From Eledone cirrhosa (Eukaryota): 64,000 nt of DNA. The stretch is from contig OZ024747.1 of assembly GCA_964016885.1 (NCBI GenBank), positions 72,788,001 through 72,852,000 on the forward strand, written 5' to 3'. The stretch's first letter is position 1. Each line of letters begins with the position of its first letter. The notes beneath the pieces are model-generated. The model saw nothing but the letters and a program-made list of their open reading frames with translations. It searched no databases and was not told the origin of the DNA. This document shows positions 40,075-53,489 of the stretch, in pieces. Position numbers and translations under genes: made by a program.

Positions 40075-40263
40075 TCTATGTAGGCTACAGAGCTTATTAG
40101 TTATGTAATGAACAATATAAGATAATTATTTCATTTACCAGTGGTTTCTTGAAGGCAGATGTGTCTTCGACTGAAGACACATCTGCCTTCAAGAAACCAC
40201 TGGTAAATGAAATAATCTTATGTTGTTTATTACGTAACTAATAAGCTCTGTAGCCTACATAGA
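40075..40263. repeat. Long palindrome, ~93-bp arms, 4-nt loop GACT
   Basis: ...GGCAGATGTGTCTTC-GACT-GAAGACACATCTGCC...; outer arms carry a few transitions and a 3-nt indel. Confidence 0.95.
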
Positions 40264-40482
40264 GCACTCTTTTTTCCTGTACCTTTCCAACGGAAATACT
40301 TCATTTATATATATATATATAAATTAATAAACATTCGTTGTACTGCCTCTGTTTTGTTCCTGTTCAAATTTTTCCATTATATGTATATATATATATGTAT
40401 ACACATATATATACACATACATCTATCTATACACACATATAAAGAAAAAGAATAAGGATTTTAACTCATTTAATGCCTTACA

Positions 40483-40600
40483 AGGTATCAAATGATGCCC
40501 GTGAGGGTGCCTGGTTATTTCAGCACCTTAGTCTCGCCATCACTCGTGGTAATGCTGTGTTGGCTTGACTCAGTGTTAACCCTTTGATGTACGCCCGATT
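40483..40600 (+). pseudogene. CRE-clade LINE extreme 3' fragment
   Basis: DAREGAWLFQHLSLAITRGNA, parallel to EPRELE*LFQRITLTILRGNA at 52966-53030. Confidence 0.6.
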
Positions 40601-40711
40601 GTCGCACTTGATATTTGTTAAGTATTGTATATATTATTTCTGTCTATTTTCATTCTGTAAGAATTATAAATAACTTGTAATGTTATTTATACAAATGTGA
40701 AATATATCATT

Positions 40712-41635
<924 letters not shown>

Positions 41636-41698
41636 CTTTGTGTATGTATAAATCTACAGATACCTGACTCCGTATGATACAAACCTTATAATTACTTC

Positions 41699-41739
<41 letters not shown>

Positions 41740-42019
41740 CATACACACATACACAGACACCTATATAATGCCTGTACGTACCTAATTATGTATGAACGTA
41801 CGTATGTGACTGCTAAATTGAACGTTGTGAATTTCTTGCTTTGCCGAAAATGAAAGATTAAAATAAAATCACACTCAGAATCTGAGGCGAAATTTATAGA
41901 ACAAGCGAGAACCTTGTATAAAATATTTGATTCTTGAAAAGAAACGACGAATAGAGATGATACTTTATTAAAACATGAAGTGTTGTTCGGTTAAAGCAAG
42001 GAAATGGAAGATGCGTGCG

Positions 42020-42280
42020 CACACACACACTCATATGTATAAACACACTCACACACTCATATGTATAAACACACTCACACACTCATATGTATAAACACAC
42101 ACACACCGTCATATGTATAAACACACACACACACTGTCGTATAAACACACACACACACACTCATATGTATAAACACACACACTCATATATATAAACACAC
42201 ACACACACACTCATATGTATAAACACACACACACACACTCATATGTATAAACACACACACTCATATGTATAAACACACAC
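42020..42280. repeat. Minisatellite (CA)n-CTCATATGTATAAA
   Basis: About 10 units seen directly. Confidence 0.9.
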
Positions 42281-42442
42281 ATACATGCACATAAAAAGAA
42301 ACATCGACTCATATACACACATAATGAGAAACAGGAGGCAAAAGCCTGTGTGTATATATGTTATGTATGTATATATCCATGTATTTTTCTTAACATAAAT
42401 ATATATGAGTGTTTTTGATAACAAAATTACACACACAAACGC

Positions 42443-42483
<41 letters not shown>

Positions 42484-44400
42484 GGAAGGGGGAGCGATGA
42501 ATACAGGCCTCTATAGGTACATATATAGACATAGATGTAGGAATTCACAGAAATATTCAGACAAACGCACAATATATGCATATATATATATGTGGTGTGT
42601 GTATATATATATATATATACGCACAGTACATGTATATATATTAATGTGTTATGTAAGATAGATTTTTTCTTAATATATATGTGTGGATGGATAATATACA
42701 TACAGTGTTTGTTGTGGTGTAGATTGAAGCAAGGGAACACCGCCGTCTTGTCTCGGTAAACTCCGTTACATGTCTGTCGAATTATTTGTGTATAGATGTG
42801 ATAGAAAGACATAAGAACAGTGTGTAGCTACATACATATATATGTCTGTATATACATAGTACGAGAGAGGGGTAAAGTTTGCTATAATTCATGAGAGAGA
42901 GAGAATATTCATCGTATGTCTGTATATATATATATTTATGTGTGTGTGTAGAGTAGGAGTAACGAGACTAATAGAGAAGTAGTGAGATTATTTAGAAAGA
43001 AATTAACTAAAACAAGAGGAGGAGGAGGAGGAGGAAATAGATAAAGAAATAAGCAATGAGAGAGGGTGTGACTGGGCTAAGTAGAGAATGAGGAGTGAAA
43101 GAGTGGAGATGGGATTTAGAGTGAAATGATGCAGACAGACACAACATAGTAAGAGAGAGGGGTAAAGTTTGCTATAATTCATGAGAGAGGGAGAGTATAT
43201 TCATCGTATGCTTAAGAGGGAGAAAGAGTAGAAGTAGGAGAGTAACCCCGTAATATCTAAGACAGAGGAGGACAATGTTCGCCGTAGTGCCTGAGAGGGA
43301 GGAAGGAACGAGGATAGCGCAAGAAGAGGTGCGGAGAAAGAGAGAGAGATGGCGGAGTGTTCCGTGGTGAGATAGATAGATAGAGAGAGAGATGGCGGAG
43401 TGTTCCGTGGTGAGATAGATAGATAGAGAGAGAGAGAGAAAGAGAGACACTGTTGAGTGTTTACGTAGAGAGAGAGAGAGTGTGACTGTTGAATGTTCCA
43501 TAGAGAGATGCTAGGGAGACTGTTTTGTAGATAGACAGAGAGAGTGACTGTTGAGTTTTTCTTTGAGAGAGAGACAGGGAGACTGTTCCGTAGACAGAAA
43601 GAGTAAGAGATGAACTGTTATGTATATATATATATATATAAATTTATCTTGACTCTGTATTCCGTTTATCTTTCACCGAAAGTGATTTTTGAATGCATCT
43701 CTTCTTTCCATGATATCCGGATTACATTGAGTTCTTCATACGGATTGGACACTACCGTAAACTTTTGGTAGATTTATCTACATATATATATATATATACA
43801 TATATACAGAGTGCGAGACATGTGATGATATAACAACTACAGGATTGTAAAAATTAACGTAAGACGATAGAAATTGATAAGACTAAGAGAACATGTGCGA
43901 GACTATATATATATATTTCCAATCTCCTATATCATTTTAAATTTATTATAGAGGTTATATTTAATTTGTTGGGATACAAGCAAAATATTTTTATAACTGA
44001 TATATATTTTTATAACTATATAGTTTCCATTTGTTAATATATTGTATATTTACTCCAATAATTTGTTGAGTGCTTTATATCAGTTATAAAAAGATTTTGC
44101 TTGTATCCCAACAAATTAAATATAACCTCTACATATATATGTGTGTGTGTGTGTGTGTTTATTTTGAAATAGCAGCTTTCGCCGTATATTTTTTTTACTA
44201 AACCCCACTATCAGGCAAAAATTTCTTTAGTAAAAAAAATACGACGAAAGCTTCTATTTCGATATATGTAGAGAGAGAGACGTGTCTAGTAGCCGAATTT
44301 GTATAATTACCAACTCGCCTATCTATTTTCTTTGCCTCTTAGCTTTCGTTTCTCTCCCATCTCTGTCTTATTCTCTTCTTTGTTTCCATTCTCTCTCTCT

Positions 44401-44438
<38 letters not shown>

Positions 44439-44681
44439 TTCTACCCTTTAAATCTCCCTCTCCCCACTCCACCCGCCACCACCTGTTTTACCCCTTTTTA
44501 ATTTCAGTTTATTTTGATCATGCTTTTATATTTATTTTTATTTCATTTCATTTTATTTTGATCATGCTTTATTTTTATTTTTAATTTCATTCGCACCGTT
44601 TCCTCCCACCCCCTTTTCGCTATATGTCTCTCCACCACTTCCCTACACACCCTTTGAACTCTCTTCCCACACACTTCTCAC

Positions 44682-44709
44682 CTGAGGAAGGGCTTATGCC
44701 CGAAACGTC
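44682..44709 (+). ncRNA. Minimal type I hammerhead ribozyme motif of Penelope-like type
   Basis: CTGAGGA-A-GGGC-TTAT-GCCC-GAAA-CGTC: canonical core, 4-bp stem II, palindromic ACGT, GUC triplet; activity untested. Confidence 0.6.
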
Positions 44710-44798
44710 GTTCCCCACCACCACCCCACTCTCCAGAGCGTGAAATTAATAAACATTCGTTATACTGCCTCTCTGTTTTGTTCTTGTTCAAATTTTCC

Positions 44799-44851
<53 letters not shown>

Positions 44852-46363
44852 ACACACACACACATTCATACAGTAGCCATACATGTCATTGAATTACAAG
44901 GATGTTTGTCTAACAAAGACTCACTCTATATCCGTATTTGACTAACAGACAAACCGGAATAAAAATTGTAGTGATTCGAACAGATAGATCGAAATATAGA
45001 GAAATAGATAGCAAGGAAGATTGATAGACCTGGCATAGATAAATTGATAGATAAGTAGATGGATAGGTATATAGATATACAGATAGATAGCTGTGCGTTT
45101 ATGTATATATATATGTGTGTGTGTGTGTGTAGGTAAATTTATTAATGGAAAGCCAGATATATAAATATATAAAGCCATATATATAAATATAAATAGATAG
45201 ACAAGGATATCTATGTATATATAGTAAGGTAAATTAGAAAGATATATAGATAGGTTGGTAGGTAGGTAAAGAGAGAGAGAGAGAGAGATATGAAGAAGGA
45301 GAAAGAGAATGGCGGCGGTGGGCGGTGAGTTTAATTAATAGTGGTTTTGAAGTTGACTGAACGGAGAATGTGACAAGATAGTAAAAAGTCGGAGTATAGG
45401 AAAATGTGACAATGTTGAGAGGAGGGAGAGATGGATAAAGAGAGGGAGGGAGAGTAAAAATAAGCAGGCAGTAATATAAAAGCGGGGGGGGGGGGAGAAA
45501 AAGGCGGAGATGTAGATACAAAAATAAAGGATTAGAAAAGGAGTAGGAGGAGAGAGTGAAAGAAATAACAATGTAGAGAGAGAGGGGGAGGCTGACTGAG
45601 TGGAAAATTTGACGTTGATGATATTTGGTTATTAAAGAGAGGAAAATACTAGTCGTTTAGAAAGCTTATTAACAATATTAGCTCGTCTTGATTGGAGTCT
45701 ACACGGGGTCACACACACACACATTGGATACTAATGAGGGGCGGGGGAGACTCTGTATAATCAGTGATTATTAGTCACTCCATGTGCTAGAAATAGCAGT
45801 GAAATCTCACCCAAATTACAGCCTAGTCAGGCGCTATCATTAAGCAAGCCAACTTAGTTCGGGAGTTGCGACCGGTAGATCAGTAATTGGAAATACGAAA
45901 AGAAACACTGTTTCCTTGGTCCGATCTGACGAGTTTCACCTCATTCAGTAAGCGAATATGGCTTGGGATCTTGTCGATTTGGATCATATATAGGCAGCTT
46001 GCATGCCTAAGGGGCCCAAGTTTGTTGATCTCCTCGCGAAGGGCTCTGGAGACTGATCATTGTTCTCTGATCTCGGTCAGTTGAACATCAACCTGTGACC
46101 AAACCAACCATACCCTAGAACAAAGGTTCTCAATGGGGGGCATATGCACCCCAGGGGGCGTTTCGGAACTCAGGGGGGCGTTTGAGAGCAAGGGGACATT
46201 ATGGGGGGGGGGGGGCGTTTTGAGCTTTGGAGTGCACTGGAAGGCTCTTTACTTTGGTAAGTTTTATAAGCCATATTTGTATGTCTTTGAGACAGCCAGA
46301 GTGAATGCATTTGAATGAGCATGCAGATAGCATAACTATGGTCTAACCGCAGCTGTGAGTAGG

Positions 46364-46680
46364 TGTGGCGTGCGGTGGCCGGAGGCGGGGGGAGTGCTCG
46401 ACCGGAAGGGGTTTTTGAGTGCTCGACCGGAAGGGGTCTTTGTCCGGAAGGATGCTCGACCGGAAGGGCCAGGAGAGGGCCTCTCTCTAGTGGTGACCAG
46501 CACGCGGTGTGGACGCGAGTTTTGGGCAGCTCCCGGTGTTAAGCAGTCGGACGCACGTGGAAGAGGAGTACCTGCAATGGAATTTAGCGGCGCCTGTGAA
46601 AAGCGGTAAGTGAGATAGCTTTTTCTAACTACAAGCTATTTCGGCGACTGAAAAAAAAAAAAAACACTTGCCGCAAAACA
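46364..46680 (+). mobile_element. Putative 5' LTR of a Ty3/gypsy element
   Basis: Starts TGT exactly where homology to Buster copy 1 stops, ends ACA just before gag; internal TGCTCGACCGGAAGGG repeats; no second LTR to confirm the boundaries. Confidence 0.55.
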
Positions 46681-46689
46681 AATCAGAAG

Positions 46690-47451
46690 ATGGTGACAAG
46701 ACTACGGATGAACGAAGCTATCAGGGCATTCACCGAGGAAGGTGATGTTGTCGCTTGGCTGCGGAAGGTTCGGTTGGTCGCAGGCTTGCAGAAGATAGAA
46801 GACGTGGCCGGCCTCATGGCATTGTACCTCGAGGGCGACGCGTTGGTACTCTTCCTTGAGTTGGACGAGCACAGCCAAAGAGATGTGCAGAAGATTGAGA
46901 GGCGTCTGATGGATGCATTCGCCGAGGGACCGTTGGCGGCTTTTGCTAAGCTGGCGAGAATCAGGTGGAATGGTGAGCGCGTCGACATTTTCGCAGCGGA
47001 AATAAGGCGGTTGGCTATGTTGGCCGGTTACCAGGCGGAATGCGAACGCACGGTGCGGTTGGCGTTCATCAATGGATTTCCGGACGACATAGCGGTGAAA
47101 CTTCAGCAAGTCCCGGGGTATAAAGAAATGGAAATGCGTTCACTGGTGGAACAAGCCCGGATCATAGCGGAAGATGCCAAAAAGAGCGTTGCGGCGATAG
47201 CGACTACGGAGGCTCAGGACACCTGGCAGCGAAATGGTGAAAGGGAGGCAACCTCGGCACGCGGCCGTCCGCGCGAATTTAGGGGGCGCTGTTTTAGGTG
47301 CCAGGGCCCGCATATGGCTAGAGACTGTAGAGAGTCGAAGCCGGAGATAATTTGCTACCGGTGTAAGCGACCAGGCCACATCGCTACTCACTGCGACCAG
47401 GGAAACGATCCAAGGGGAACTACTGCGCCGGTAGTTGCCCCTTACGAGTAG
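46690..47451 (+). CDS. gag: Ty3/gypsy Gag with two CCHC zinc knuckles
   Basis: Uninterrupted 253-aa ORF; CFRCQGPHMARDC and CYRCKRPGHIATHC; QGN at the frameshift site. Confidence 0.9.
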   Translation: MVTRLRMNEAIRAFTEEGDVVAWLRKVRLVAGLQKIEDVAGLMALYLEGDALVLFLELDEHSQRDVQKIERRLMDAFAEGPLAAFAKLARIRWNGERVDIFAAEIRRLAMLAGYQAECERTVRLAFINGFPDDIAVKLQQVPGYKEMEMRSLVEQARIIAEDAKKSVAAIATTEAQDTWQRNGEREATSARGRPREFRGRCFRCQGPHMARDCRESKPEIICYRCKRPGHIATHCDQGNDPRGTTAPVVAPYE

Positions 47452-47457
47452 CGGCGC
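47400..47457 (+). promoter_or_regulatory. Programmed -1 ribosomal frameshift signal (slippery heptamer plus pseudoknot)
   Basis: G GGA AAC in gag phase; 5-nt spacer; stem AAGGGGAACTAC/GTAGTTGCCCCTT; loop GCGCCG complementary to CGGCGC at 47452-47457; protease ORF is in the -1 frame. Confidence 0.85.
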
Positions 47458-47837
47458 TGCCCGTGGTGGAAGTCTTCGTGAGGGGGAAGCGACAGCGAGC
47501 CCTCGTGGATACGGGCTGTACGACGACACTGGTGACCGCGGGGGTGGCGCAGAGGTGGGGAGGGAAGAGCAGCGTAAGGGCAGTCGACGGCAGGAAAATT
47601 GAATGCCGAGGTCGCAGCGAGATGGAAATAGCGGTACGGGGAAGGACGATAAGGCTTTCCGCCATCGTGGTAGACAGTGTGGTGGATGGGATCGGCGTGG
47701 TTATGGGCATGGACGCGATTGGCCGTCTAGGGGGCGTCACGGTGAACAATGTCGGTGTGTCGTTTGGCGCCGCTGCATCGGTATGCGCTGTGAGTGCACG
47801 TCATGAGAACCAGAAGAGCAATGGTCGGCCAACATAA
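47400..47837 (+). CDS. pol: Retroviral-type aspartic protease (pol N-terminus), truncated by the junction to transposase DNA
   Basis: ALVDTGCTTTLV and VVMGMDAI motifs; open in the -1 frame from the slippery site; no RT follows. Confidence 0.85.
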   Translation, partial: GKRSKGNYCAGSCPLRVAALPVVEVFVRGKRQRALVDTGCTTTLVTAGVAQRWGGKSSVRAVDGRKIECRGRSEMEIAVRGRTIRLSAIVVDSVVDGIGVVMGMDAIGRLGGVTVNNVGVSFGAAASVCAVSARHENQKSNGRPT

Positions 47838-48820
47838 GGGTTTCGTCACTCTTCTGAAGAGAGAAAGTCTATCTGTATTTGTTGTTCATTGTGTCATTCA
47901 TCGACAACACTTGGCTGTGAAGAAACTCAGCAAGCCGCTGAGCAAGTCCTTGCTGGTGGCCATTGATGTCATCAATTTTATCAAACGGCATTCCCTCAAT
48001 GAACGAATTTTCCGGCAACTGTGCCAAGATAATGACGAAGAATTTGTCAAGTTGCTCCTTCATAATGAAGTGAGGTGGCTTTCAAAGGGCAAGTGCCTTA
48101 CTCACTTCTTTCAACTCTTCGACTCTATCATTGAGTTTCTGCGAGGACGCAACACAGAACTGTACAAGAAATCCCTCGATGTGAGGCAAGACTGCGCCTA
48201 CCTCACCAACATCGTCAACAAATGCAATAGCGTCATTTTGGTTTTGCAGGGGAAGAAGATCACTGCTGTGAAAACATTCCTGGCCAAATTGAATGTCATC
48301 GAAAGGAATCTTTGTTGACGGGAATTCTATAATTTTCCTAGTGTCGCCAATGTTCAAAACATTGTAAGCGATGACCAACTCCAAATTTATACCACTCACC
48401 TCCGTGCGCTACAAGACATGAGAGAACGGTTTGTCGACCTTTTGCCGATGGACATCCCAATGTGGGTAGCAGATCCCTTTATAGTTAACGTCGATGATTT
48501 GGACGTTATATTTCAGGAAGAATTCATTGAACTTCAAGCAGATGACATGATCAAAATTAGATTTCCCAAAATAGGTGAACCCCTTTTTTGGATGCAAGAG
48601 GAAATTCAGCGTCGATTTCCACACCTACATGCAGAGGCTAAGAGATTTTCCAAGCTCATACTTAGTCAAGAGGAGGTCTGGTGTTGTTTCCAGACTGCAC
48701 AGTAAGGCTCGCAACCACTACAGTGTAATTACACGTGGAGATCTCTGACTACATCTTACGAAAATCCAGACTGACGTCAAAGAGTTAGCTAGACTCCATG
48801 AAGTTCAAGGGTCCCATTGA
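47814..48820 (+). pseudogene. Buster-type transposase C-terminal half
   Basis: Near-identical to 33581-34622 with small deletions and the same stop after ERNLC. Confidence 0.9.
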
Positions 48821-50803
48821 AATGAGGTCAAAGTTAAAGTAAGTTGATTTATCCGAAAACTTAGATATGTTATTGTTACAAAGCAAACTAACAATTTTTT
48901 TTATTTGTAGTTGCAGTCTGACTGGACTGGAAACCATCTACTACAATTCACTTACTCATTTGTTGTATATATTTTACCATTTACTAATAAATATACCCTC
49001 CTGCGTGGTCATGAAAACCCTCTTACGTGGTCTCTAAGCTCACAAAGCAGAGAGGACATCAAGTTAGATATCAACATTTATTCTGTCTGTTTCATTAAAG
49101 GGAAAACTGGAAAGCTTTGAAATGATATAATTGCCATTTTCTTCCAGATAAGAGCACTCTTTGGATAGAGTTGCTCTTGTATAAATTTTCAAAATAGTTG
49201 GTATCGCCTGATGGGAATATAACAAATTCAACTGGTCCTTATTCATAAAAAAGAACATTTATGTTCCTTTTTTTGAAATTTATATATTTCCTTTCAAGGA
49301 ATGCATTTATACTCTCAGCTGCCTGCAATGGTATCTTTGGAATATTGTTAATCAATTTTTTAATAATCTACAGATATCAAAATCAGTAGTATATTGAAAA
49401 ATGGAAAAATAGGGTAGGGGGCGTTTCGTGATTTCGAGGGACAAAAGGGGGCGTTTGGCCTAAATGGGTTGAGAACCTGTGCCCTAGAAGAAGCTTGACT
49501 AACAAGCAGACCTCAGAGAGGCGTATTTGTGAAACTTTAAGTATCACAGTTTTAGACAGGGTGTCCCAAAAATCACCTAGGGATTTAAAAATGTCAGAAA
49601 TCTTATACATTTTACTTATAATTTTTTTTCTCCAGAACTTACATTAACATGAGGAAATTACCTATGGAAAAACTCACAAATTTGAACATATAATACTAGG
49701 GTCGACTTAAAAGTTCATAGGCTGACAAAGATACTCTCATGGAATTACCAAATGAGGTTTATCTTTCAACATTACCCCTGGAAAGAAACAAGACAGTTAT
49801 TAATAAGAGTTGAAATTAATGCATGCAAGATTTCACAGCACTAGCATCACCCCGTTACAGTCAGCCTATAATATTTTCAGCCCACATGGTTTGGCATGGT
49901 TGGATGTGGACTGTGTAGTAGAATGTAATTTTCTTGGTGTGGTCAGATCAATCAGTGTCAGAAAACAAGTTTGTCAACTTAGCAAACACGCAAGTTGAAA
50001 TTATTTCATTTGTAGATGGATGAATTCCATAAATGGGAGAAGGGCACACATATTGTGAAGCTAGCTTAAGCCACTAAATACCCAGGTGACGTGGCATAGT
50101 GGTGTGTTGGAATTCTTGGCTAATCTACATGGAGCTGTGTAGAATGTTTTCAGGAATAATCCAGACATTCGACTGGGAGAATCAGATGAGCCTACATAAC
50201 ATAAAAAAAACAGAAACGGGGTGAGCAATAACATAGTCAGTCGCTCATTCATCAATAGTCAACCATAGAAGGAGGCCCATGGAAAGTATAGCAACAATAA
50301 TAGCTGTGACCCAGCATGGAATAATACAAGAAAGACAATTCCTACCTTTATATACCTACATATGTATTGTGTCACTAAAATAAAACTGAATAATTATATA
50401 TTAATTTTGACTTAATTGAAATTAAAATAATTATATATCATATATATCATTTTTGACATGAATGAATTTTAAAAATGTATATTGACATCTTGGTATGTCC
50501 TGACTGTGACTGAAACTCCCACCAAGGCATTGTCTCCCTGTTAACAAAAACCTTTACTTAAATGAAAATACGCTTTCAGTTTAAGTGGAAAAAAAAATTA
50601 ATTTGAAAACTAGTTAAGTTCTTGCAGAGATATGAAACCGTCATTATTTTATTTACGGGGTCGATAAAATAAAGTACCAGTAATGCACTGGAATAATTGC
50701 TGGTCTTGTGCCAAAAGCAGAAATAATTATTTTATTTATATTATTTTTTTATATATAATCGCAATAAATAAAAAATTATATATATATGATTTTTTTTAAA
50801 ACT

Positions 50804-51004
50804 TACGAAGGTCGGCTGAAAAGTTCATAGTCGGACCAAGATACTTTCATGGAATGACCAAACGAAGTTTATTTTTTGAACTAGTCCCTGGAAATAAATA
50901 ATGAAGTTATTAATAAGATGCTAAAATTAATGAATGCAAAATTTGACAGCTTTAGCATCAATCCTTCACAGTCAGCCTATGAACTTTTCAGCCTGCTCCC
51001 TCAT
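50804..51004. mobile_element. mariner-type MITE
   Basis: TA-CGAAGGTCGGCTGAAAAGTTCATAG ... CTATGAACTTTTCAGCC...CCTCA-TA; related copies at 49697-49885 and 4707-4790. Confidence 0.7.
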
Positions 51005-51159
51005 AAGTAAAAAAAAAAATAGTATATTTAAATTAATCTATAAATCTATAAATGTGGTTTCGATACCTGCCAGGACTTACGAAATAGTGAAAATATATAT
51101 CTTTTATTTCAATTAAATCGAACATAATAGTATATAATTATTCCCCTTCGACTTCCCTC

Positions 51160-51475
51160 AAATTACTGGCCTTGTGTAAATACTAGAAATAATTATTAGA
51201 CTCAAATGAAAATTTAAAAACCTGGCGGAGCCTATCTCCAGGTCTGAATACAGCAGATTTCGTCCAGAGAATAGAGAGAGTGAGAGAATGGAAGTGAGAA
51301 AGAGACACAGAGAAAGGATCGACCCCAGTAATAGACTGGTACTTATTTTATCGACCTTCAATGGATGAAAGGCAAAGTTGACCTCGGCAGGATTTGAACT
51401 GAGAAAGCAGCGAGCCGAATTGAAGACAGCACAGCATTCTATCCGACGTTCTAACGATTCTGTCAATTCGCCGCC
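51160..51475 (-). mobile_element. SINE A-related subfamily with extended 3' region
   Basis: Core GGATGAAAGGCAAAGTTGACCTCGGC plus the CAGCAGATTT...CCAGAGA segment shared with 60800-61045 and 39960-40000. Confidence 0.7.
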
Positions 51476-52274
51476 GTGTTCAGAGCAAGAAGTGTCAAAA
51501 ACTAAGTTCGTCAGTTGAAATTATTTTATTAGGGAGAATGGAGCGCATATTTTAGAGCTAGCCTGAAGCACTAAATACCCAAGCCCCAACTCTGCATCGA
51601 TGGAATGCCTTTGTTCGTATACTAGTCCTCAAAACAACAGCAAGTGTTTAACCGGCTGGTATTCACATATATTCAATAGGCACTCCCGTGGCTAAGTATA
51701 ATTAATACAGAACAGGTAAACTGCTCAACCTACCCGCCGCATTCATAAACAACCCCACAAAACTTTGAAAATAAGTTTAAAATATCATAATAAAAAAAAA
51801 AAGAAAAGAAAAGAACGTAAAAACAAAATAAAAGGCAGATGAGAAATAGGGGCGAGAAATCTACACTCAAACACACACACGCACACACACACACACACAT
51901 ACATATATATATATACACAGGGCTCAATAATGATTAAATTTATATATAAAATATTTAAAAACCCGTACAGCAAATATTTATTGAGTACAGATTAAAGTTT
52001 CACCCTTTTACGGGATCTTCTGAGAAAAATCAATCTGTGGACGCAGAAGTAAATATTTCGAAAAATGTTACAACTGAAGGAAGACGATACTTTGGTTCTT
52101 GAAGATGTTCCCTGGCAATGGATGAAAAATATGTGAGGATTATTACGTCATCATGTGGAGCGAGAAGAACAATTTCTTGCAAAGATGTTTTATTTATTTA
52201 TTAACAACACAGTTTAACTCTTTTTTTTTTTTATAAACTCATGTCGCCTGTGAGACGTGAGACAGGCTGGGACT

Positions 52275-53135
52275 TAACCCGGTAGACGTCCATTCTCCTT
52301 CTCCCCAAGCGTATGGGATGCCATCCAGTGCAGCCTGGATTCAGACAGGCTCACGCGCCAGCTCGACCAGCACCGCCTTGCCTGTTTTCGAGCGGCCTCC
52401 AAACCCCACAGTGGTGCCTGGCTCCATGCCTTGCCATCCTTCTCCACTCGTACGCAGCTGGATAACGATAGCCTGCGCATCGGCGTTTCCTTGAAGCTTG
52501 GACTCCGGATCTGCGAGCCTCATAAATGTCGCTATGGATCCACCGTGGACTCTTTCGGACGCCACCCGCTTTCCTGTCGCTACAGTGCCGGCCGATTTCC
52601 ACGCCATGCTGCCCTCAACGAGAGCTTGGACGAGGGCCTGGACGCTGCAGGCTACTCCTCCCAGCTCGAGCCGGTGGGTCTGGCAAAGGGCCGGATGGTA
52701 TGACTATCTTCCCGTTCCGCGGTGGCAAACCCCTCGTCTGGGATGCCACTTGCAGCGACACTTTCTCGAGCCGCAACCTGGTGCAGTCTGCGACTAACCC
52801 AGGTACTGCTGCACGTCGGGCTGAGGAGGCCAAACTCTCCAAGTACCGGTCGCTCTCTGACAGGTTCGCGGTCGTACCCTTGGCAGTGGAGACTTCTAGT
52901 GTCGTTGGCCCTAGGGCTACCTCCCTATTCAGCTCCATAGGCGCTGAGATAGCCAGCTGCAGGTGTGAGCCTCGCGAGTTGGAATGACTCTTCCAACGCA
53001 TCACCCTTACCATCCTCCGGGGAAACGCTTCTCCATCCTGTCCACCGGGGCTGTGGGGAGGCCAGCACGCGGGACCCCATTTGCTCACCATACGGATTAA
53101 TAGGCAAAGTTATAAACTATTGTAAATAAATAATT
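52275..53135 (+). mobile_element. CRE-clade non-LTR retrotransposon 3' portion (zinc-binding motif plus REL endonuclease)
   Basis: GAWLHALP, LGLRICEPHKC...HPLSC...RHAALN, PDGMTIFPFRGGKPLVWDATCSDT, AEEAKLSKY, VPLAVET, LFQRI..RGNA; one frameshift and one stop; AT-rich tail. Confidence 0.85.
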
Positions 53136-53439
53136 ATTGCAAAGACTAAAACACATTTATACTATTAAAAAATCATTAGACTAATATTCTATTTAGAATA
53201 ACCGAATGATTTCCCAACTCAGGATTTTGATAATGATGAAAATAAGATTATTAAACGAAAATGACTGAAGTTATTAATGATAATAATAATAATAATAATT
53301 ATAATAATTGTTTCTACTTTTGAATATATATATATATTCGCCGAAAAGAAGTAAGTGACATAGTCACTACTTTAAAACTGATAGCGTATGGCCTTCATAC
53401 GCATCAGTTTTAATTTAGAAGGCCATACGCTATCTGTTA

Positions 53440-53489
<50 letters not shown>

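Larger units (their letters stand above)
46121..49481 (+). mobile_element. hAT/Buster-type transposon (copy 2) containing a gypsy fragment
   Basis: Same TIRs; TSD CCCTAGAA at 46113-46120 and 49482-49489; transposase remnant from about 47814. Confidence 0.95.

Noticed and set aside
47794-48318. Protease-transposase fusion protein
   Set aside because: The junction is out of frame: the protease frame stops at 47837 and the transposase remnant is in another frame
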